Made by a program: the position numbers and the translations under genes
Notes under the pieces: generated by a model
Databases searched by the model: none
What the model saw: only the letters and a program-made list of their open reading frames with translations
Told to the model about the DNA's origin: nothing
From: an uncultured delta proteobacterium
GTDB taxonomy: Bacteria; Desulfobacterota; Desulfuromonadia; Geobacterales; Pseudopelobacteraceae
Reading direction: 5' to 3'
Assembly (NCBI GenBank): GCA_963772835.1
Contig: CAVYYZ010000018.1
Span: 1-50,569 of the forward strand
Length of the DNA stretch: 50,569 nucleotides
Shown: piece after piece, positions 46,530-50,569 of the stretch
Layout: every line of letters begins with the position of its first letter
Numbering within the stretch: position 1 is the first letter of the stretch

Positions 46530-46879
46530 CCCTGCTGCTTGCCTCGGGAGGACTTCTGGTCCGGTATCTCACCCCGCGCACATCCGGAAAGCGCCCGGTA
46601 CTCGTCAGCGCTGTTGCCGCGGACGTGCCGCCGGACGGCGCGCTGGTGTTCCCTGCTGAGCGTCTGGCACTCATGAAGGACGACGGCGGTTTCTACGCAT
46701 TGAGTCTGGTCTGCACCCATCTGGGTTGTACGGTCATTGTTGCGGAAGATAAGCTGTCGTGCCCCTGCCACGGGAGCCTGTTCGACCGGCAGGGTGCGGT
46801 GATTAAAGGGCCCGCAGACAGACCGCTGGTGAGGATGAGCGTTGAAGTGCACGGGGAGCGGGTTGTAGTAGTGGGGTGA
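46484..46879 (+). CDS. Rieske [2Fe-2S] protein
   Basis: Tat signal SRRKFI, CTHLGC, CPCHGS, GPA. Confidence 0.93.
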   Translation: MENIPQSRRKFITTLTLLLASGGLLVRYLTPRTSGKRPVLVSAVAADVPPDGALVFPAERLALMKDDGGFYALSLVCTHLGCTVIVAEDKLSCPCHGSLFDRQGAVIKGPADRPLVRMSVEVHGERVVVVG

Positions 46880-47242
46880 CGCGCTGCTATGGTGCTGATC
46901 CTCTGATTAGCTGCTATTCAACAGTGCAAGGTCAGGCCTTTTCAGTCTTCAATTGTCTCGGCGCCACGCATCCCGGGCAGGGATGGTTAGTGCTTAACAT
47001 CATGAAACGAGACGTATTATGGGCGAAATAGCGTTGGTTGCACGCGATGGCGCACATTAGCGTCGGCAGGTCAAAACTTCTCAGTCGGTTCTCTGCCCCC
47101 CTGAAACTCACCATATCCTCTGGAATTGCGTTGACACTACCCTGCTTCAGGCGTATTTTCCGCCCATACAAAAAAACCTGTCCCCAGTAAGGTTTTTTAA
47201 GGTATGAAGTCCACTACATTGTCAAGACAAAGGAGGGTGTCC

Positions 47243-47653
47243 ATGCTTCAAAAAATGATCAAGCCCGTGAGTTTCTTTTTACTGTTCTCCTTTTTCCTCC
47301 TCGATTTTTCCGTGCAGACGGCAAAGTCACAGATGATCGGCACCGATTCCGTGATCGCGGCACAGAAACAGGAAGCGAAGCGGGAGCGGGTTATTGCCTT
47401 TCTCGGTCGTGATGATGTGCGGCAGTCAATGGTGCAGCGCGGTGTCGATGCTGCTGAGGCTCAGAAACGGGTGGCCAGCCTTTCCGATTCCGAACTGACA
47501 AAAATTTCACAGGCCATGGAGCAGTTGCCAGCGGGTGGCGATGCCGGGGTCGGGACGATTATTGGTGCCATGGTTTTCATCTTTGTGGTGTTGCTGATCA
47601 CCGATCTACTCGGCCTGACACATGTTTTCCCCTTTGTTACCCATAGACGCTAA
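47243..47653 (+). CDS. PA2779-like exported protein
   Basis: AAGGAGG RBS; GVDAAEAQKRVASLSDSEL, LPAGG, VLLITDLLG.T.VFPF. Confidence 0.8.
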   Translation: MLQKMIKPVSFFLLFSFFLLDFSVQTAKSQMIGTDSVIAAQKQEAKRERVIAFLGRDDVRQSMVQRGVDAAEAQKRVASLSDSELTKISQAMEQLPAGGDAGVGTIIGAMVFIFVVLLITDLLGLTHVFPFVTHRR

Positions 47654-48612
47654 AAGTCAGGCACAATCACGTTTTCTTCAGGCCGGCAGTCTAGCGATTA
47701 TCGGCCTGTTGTTTTTAGCGCTGTCCCTTGTTTTATCCGGCTGCGGCCTCCTGTCGACGGTCCCTCTGTTCCAGACGCCGGGCGGGCCTGCCAAGGCCAT
47801 GGTTGAGAATGTGCCATTTTTCGCCCAGGAAGAATTGCAGTGCGGCCCGGCAGCCCTGGCAATGACGCTTAACTGGAGCGGAATCGCCGTCCAGCCCTCC
47901 GATCTTACTCCTGAAGTTTTCACTCCCGACCTCAAGGGCAGCCTGCAAAGCGCCCTGATCGGCGCAACCCGCAGACATAACCGGGTCGCCTACGCCATCA
48001 CCGGAAGTGAAGCCTTGCTGGCCGAGGTTTCCGCCGGTAATCCGGTCATCGTGCTGGTCAATCTCGGTTTGTCTTGGTACCCGAAATGGCACTATGCCGT
48101 GGTCATCGGTTTTGATCAGGAGCGCGAAGAGATTATCCTCCACTCAGGACTCACCGCCAACGAACATCTCAGCTCCCGGGTTTTCATGAATGTCTGGCAG
48201 CGCGGCGAGTATTGGGGGCTCCTGGTTCTGCCTCCAGACCGGTTGCCGGCTAGAGTTGGAGAGGGGGATTGGCTTGAAGCCGTCGCCGGCCTGGAAAGGG
48301 CCGACCAGTGGCAGGGGGCGGCAGATGGGTATAGTGCGGGCCTGAAGCGCTGGCCGAATAGTTTTGCTGCCTGGATGGGACTCGGCAACAGCCGCTACAG
48401 CCTGCACGATTTTGACCGGTAGCGCCGAGGCCTTTCGCCGGGCAACCCTGCTTCAACCGGAGAACGGCATACCGTTCAACAACCTTGCCCATGTGCTGAA
48501 CAACCAGGGCAGGCGAAAAGAGGCCATGGACGCGGCACAACGGGCCGTGGAACTTGGTGGCCCGCTCCTTGATAATTTCCGGCACACCCTGGAAGAGATC
48601 AAAAACAAATAA
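47622..48612 (+). pseudogene. PA2778-like C39 cysteine peptidase-TPR lipoprotein, frameshifted near 48410-48413
   Basis: VPFFAQEELQCGPAAL, WHYAVVIG; TPR continues in another frame (GSAEAFRRA...NNLAHVL); removing one T from GATTTTGACC restores HDLTGSAE. Confidence 0.8.
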
Positions 48613-48847
48613 ATACCCCCCGATTATTGAAGCACCCCTCTCCCTAAATTATTCAGTTCTATAACGCTGCTGCTGGAGGGGAGAGAATGTTGCTTTCCGG
48701 ATGGGCATGTGTGTGGAGATCGTCCTCGACCTCTTTGGAAACTATTATGTGAACAGGCTGCCCATTGATTTCACATGTTGTCTCATGTAAATGTAGATTT
48801 CTCTGAGGTTCAGAAGGTGTTTTTGTTTTCAGCCGGCAACGTATTAA

Positions 48848-49339
48848 TCAGTCCATGGCAGCTTTTGCAAGCGCCACTGCCTGATCTTCGCTGATTTTTG
48901 TATTTACCCGCAGATACAGGGCATGCCCCTTACGATCCTTGAACAGGACTTCGTCGAGTGAACCAAATTTATTCCCTCGAGAATGACTGACCAGAACCCC
49001 GTCACGCTCCGTCACTTTGCCTTTACCACCGGACTCCATCAGTTTTCTCCAGCTCGCCTCAGTTAACACACTGCTGCCAAGTGAAAAATAGCGAACCTGC
49101 TGTTTGTCCTTACTATCGCCATACTTGCATTCAATGAACAGTTTGTCAGCTTTTCTGGTGAAGTTTTTACCCAGAATGGCGGTGACTTCATCAAGCGTAA
49201 GCTGTGAGCAGAGAGCGTCAGCTGACATTCGTGCAGTATTCCCACTGGCGGCGTCCTTGCCAAGGCCGGCTGCAAGACTTTGCGCGTCTGCCTGCCCGGT
49301 TAACAGTGATAAAATGAGTGCAAGAAGTACAATCTTCAT
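48848..49339 (-). CDS. Hypothetical exported protein
   Basis: GGAG RBS, signal peptide ADA, LCSQLTLDEVTAILG...C. Confidence 0.7.
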   Translation of the reverse strand: MKIVLLALILSLLTGQADAQSLAAGLGKDAASGNTARMSADALCSQLTLDEVTAILGKNFTRKADKLFIECKYGDSKDKQQVRYFSLGSSVLTEASWRKLMESGGKGKVTERDGVLVSHSRGNKFGSLDEVLFKDRKGHALYLRVNTKISEDQAVALAKAAMD

Positions 49340-49514
49340 CGTGTGGCTCCTTTTTTTACTGTGGTTTGTCCGTTTTATTGGGAAATTGTTCTTCTAAACA
49401 CTTTGGACAGATGCAATGACTAAACAACCTTTTTCGCCGATTCCAGATTGCCAGCGACATCGACAAAACCTCCGTTCCAGCAACTCCGCCGACACAACCT
49501 CCTCCGCTGGTTTT

Positions 49515-49583
49515 GTTCAACGCCATAAGGCTGACCAGCCCGCCCAGCCTTTCCGGGCGGTCTGGTCGAGCCGCAAGTTGGAT
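49515..49583 (-). mobile_element. Integron attC site (69 bp)
   Basis: Minus strand: R'' ATCCAAC, 5-nt spacer, L'' GCT(C)GACC with extra base, stem AGACCGCCC/GGGCGGGCT, L' GGTCAGC, R' GTTGAAC. Confidence 0.8.
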
Positions 49584-49637
49584 ATTCGGTTTTCTCTGTG
49601 TCGTTTCAGTACGTATAGAGTGGGGCTGAATGAAGAT

Positions 49638-49991
49638 TTAAGCGGCTTGCAGCTTTTTTGCGCGACCGGTTGAGCGAGTTGTGCGATCTGCTCTTTTGGG
49701 TTGCTCGCTTCCAATATCTAGAAGGGCCTCCGGGTGACGGGAGGCAACCCGCAAAAGCACACGTGCAGGGCCCTCCGGTTTACGTCGGCCTTGTTCCCAG
49801 TTTCTCAATGTTCCTACGCTGATTCCCACAAGGTCTGCAAACTTATCTTGTGAAAGACCGAATTGCTCACGTAGAGCGCGAACCTCGGTTTCCGGGAATT
49901 CAAATGATCGAGAGGGCAGCATTGTGCCTTTTATGATCGCAGCGCCTTGTTTAATACTTGCCAATAGTTCCTGAAAAAGCTCATCCTTCAT
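49638..49991 (-). CDS. HigA-like Xre HTH antitoxin
   Basis: MKDELFQELLASI, LSQDKFA, TLRNWEQGRRKPEGPARVLL; GAGGAGG RBS. Confidence 0.88.
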   Translation of the reverse strand: MKDELFQELLASIKQGAAIIKGTMLPSRSFEFPETEVRALREQFGLSQDKFADLVGISVGTLRNWEQGRRKPEGPARVLLRVASRHPEALLDIGSEQPKRADRTTRSTGRAKKLQAA

Positions 49992-50304
49992 GATATTCCT
50001 CCTCAATAATCCTCTTGAGTTGTTTGAGTTGGTCTTGGGTAAGGTTTTCCTGCACGTTTTTCGGATATATGAACAGGAGTAGAATGGTTCCCCTCACCGT
50101 AAACCAGTAGTAGATAACTCGTACTCCACCGCTCTTGCCTCGCCCTTCCAATCCCCATCGCACTTTACGAAGTCCCCCACCGCCGGGAATGACCTTTCCG
50201 GTATCAGGTCGCTCCAGCAGGGTCGCCTGAAACAGGCGATACTCCTCGTCGGATAGCGTGGATAAAAGCTGCTTGGTAAATATTGGGGTTTCGATGATAA
50301 CCAT
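49981..50304 (-). CDS. RelE/HigB-family toxin
   Basis: IIETPIF, IPGGGGLRKVRW, GKSGGVRVIYY, YPKN; toxin-first order. Confidence 0.9.
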   Translation of the reverse strand: MVIIETPIFTKQLLSTLSDEEYRLFQATLLERPDTGKVIPGGGGLRKVRWGLEGRGKSGGVRVIYYWFTVRGTILLLFIYPKNVQENLTQDQLKQLKRIIEEEYHEG

Positions 50305-50310
50305 GAGGAT

Positions 50311-50339
50311 ACTATACGCCATTGACTTAGTAATGACAA
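50311..50339 (-). promoter_or_regulatory. Sigma70 promoter of the TA pair
   Basis: TTGTCA-17 nt-TATAGT, with the ATG 6 nt downstream. Confidence 0.7.
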
Positions 50340-50349
50340 GAGTAAGATA

Positions 50350-50569
50350 TTAGCCTAAAATCCATTTGGCTGGAGTAATTGATTTTTCCAGATAGAGAGG
50401 GTGAGCTGGCTCACCGGTCTTGTTAAGTTTTAGATAATGAAGGTTGGGAAGTAGCTTTCGGATATATTGGCTACGTTTCAGGTGATCTCCATGATTTCCC
50501 CATGCAGCAATGAAACCAAGAGTTCGGTAGCAAGAACATCCCGCATCGACTTCCTTGGTTTCGTCTTCA
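50350..50569 (-). CDS. C-terminal part of a DUF1643-like protein (runs off the window; possibly a fragment)
   Basis: Not in the ORF track; open frame FIAAWGNHG...LKLNKTGEPAHPLYL...W-stop at 50350-50352. Confidence 0.7.
   Translation of the reverse strand, partial: EDETKEVDAGCSCYRTLGFIAAWGNHGDHLKRSQYIRKLLPNLHYLKLNKTGEPAHPLYLEKSITPAKWILG

Noticed and set aside
50350..50430. ACTTAAC...TTTAGGC on the minus strand as another attC
   Set aside because: Lies inside the DUF1643-like reading frame and lacks L-box pairing.
1..50569. CRISPR arrays, rRNA, transposase or integrase genes
   Set aside because: None recognised in the window.

Overview
Bacterial chromosomal DNA, by gene content and protein style most likely a Geobacteraceae/Desulfuromonadia anaerobe (inference). 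Layout: (i) 1-10.8 kb, the 3' end of a tRNA-Gly with att-like signals, followed by a mosaic of accessory genes and gene scars; (ii) 12.3-21.1 kb (minus strand), an arsenic/metal-resistance cluster (arsR-arsC-acr3-arsR-arsP-two cation transporters-two thioredoxins-ccdA) running into a ric operon with an Fnr-type box; (iii) divergently, a Cys-rich MarR gene overlapping the mercury-methylation genes hgcA-hgcB, where hgcA is longer than the ORF track shows because it reads through an in-frame TGA (Cys-Sec motif) followed by a SECIS-like hairpin; (iv) 25.3-33.1 kb, a TolC/MFP/RND operon with sulfur-handling genes that hides an unannotated 61-codon candidate selenoprotein; (v) 33.5-46.9 kb, a respiratory cluster (porin, cytochrome-rhodanese fusion, octaheme cytochrome, PsrA/C/B-type molybdoenzyme, c7 cytochrome, two small exported proteins ending in Gly-Cys, 12- and 9-heme cytochromes, Rieske protein without cytochrome b); (vi) 47-50.6 kb, a frameshifted C39-peptidase/TPR gene and integron-cassette remnants (one intact attC, a higBA-type TA pair, a DUF1643 fragment). 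Family names come from motif recognition, not from database searches. No Sec machinery (selABCD) or integrase lies in the window.
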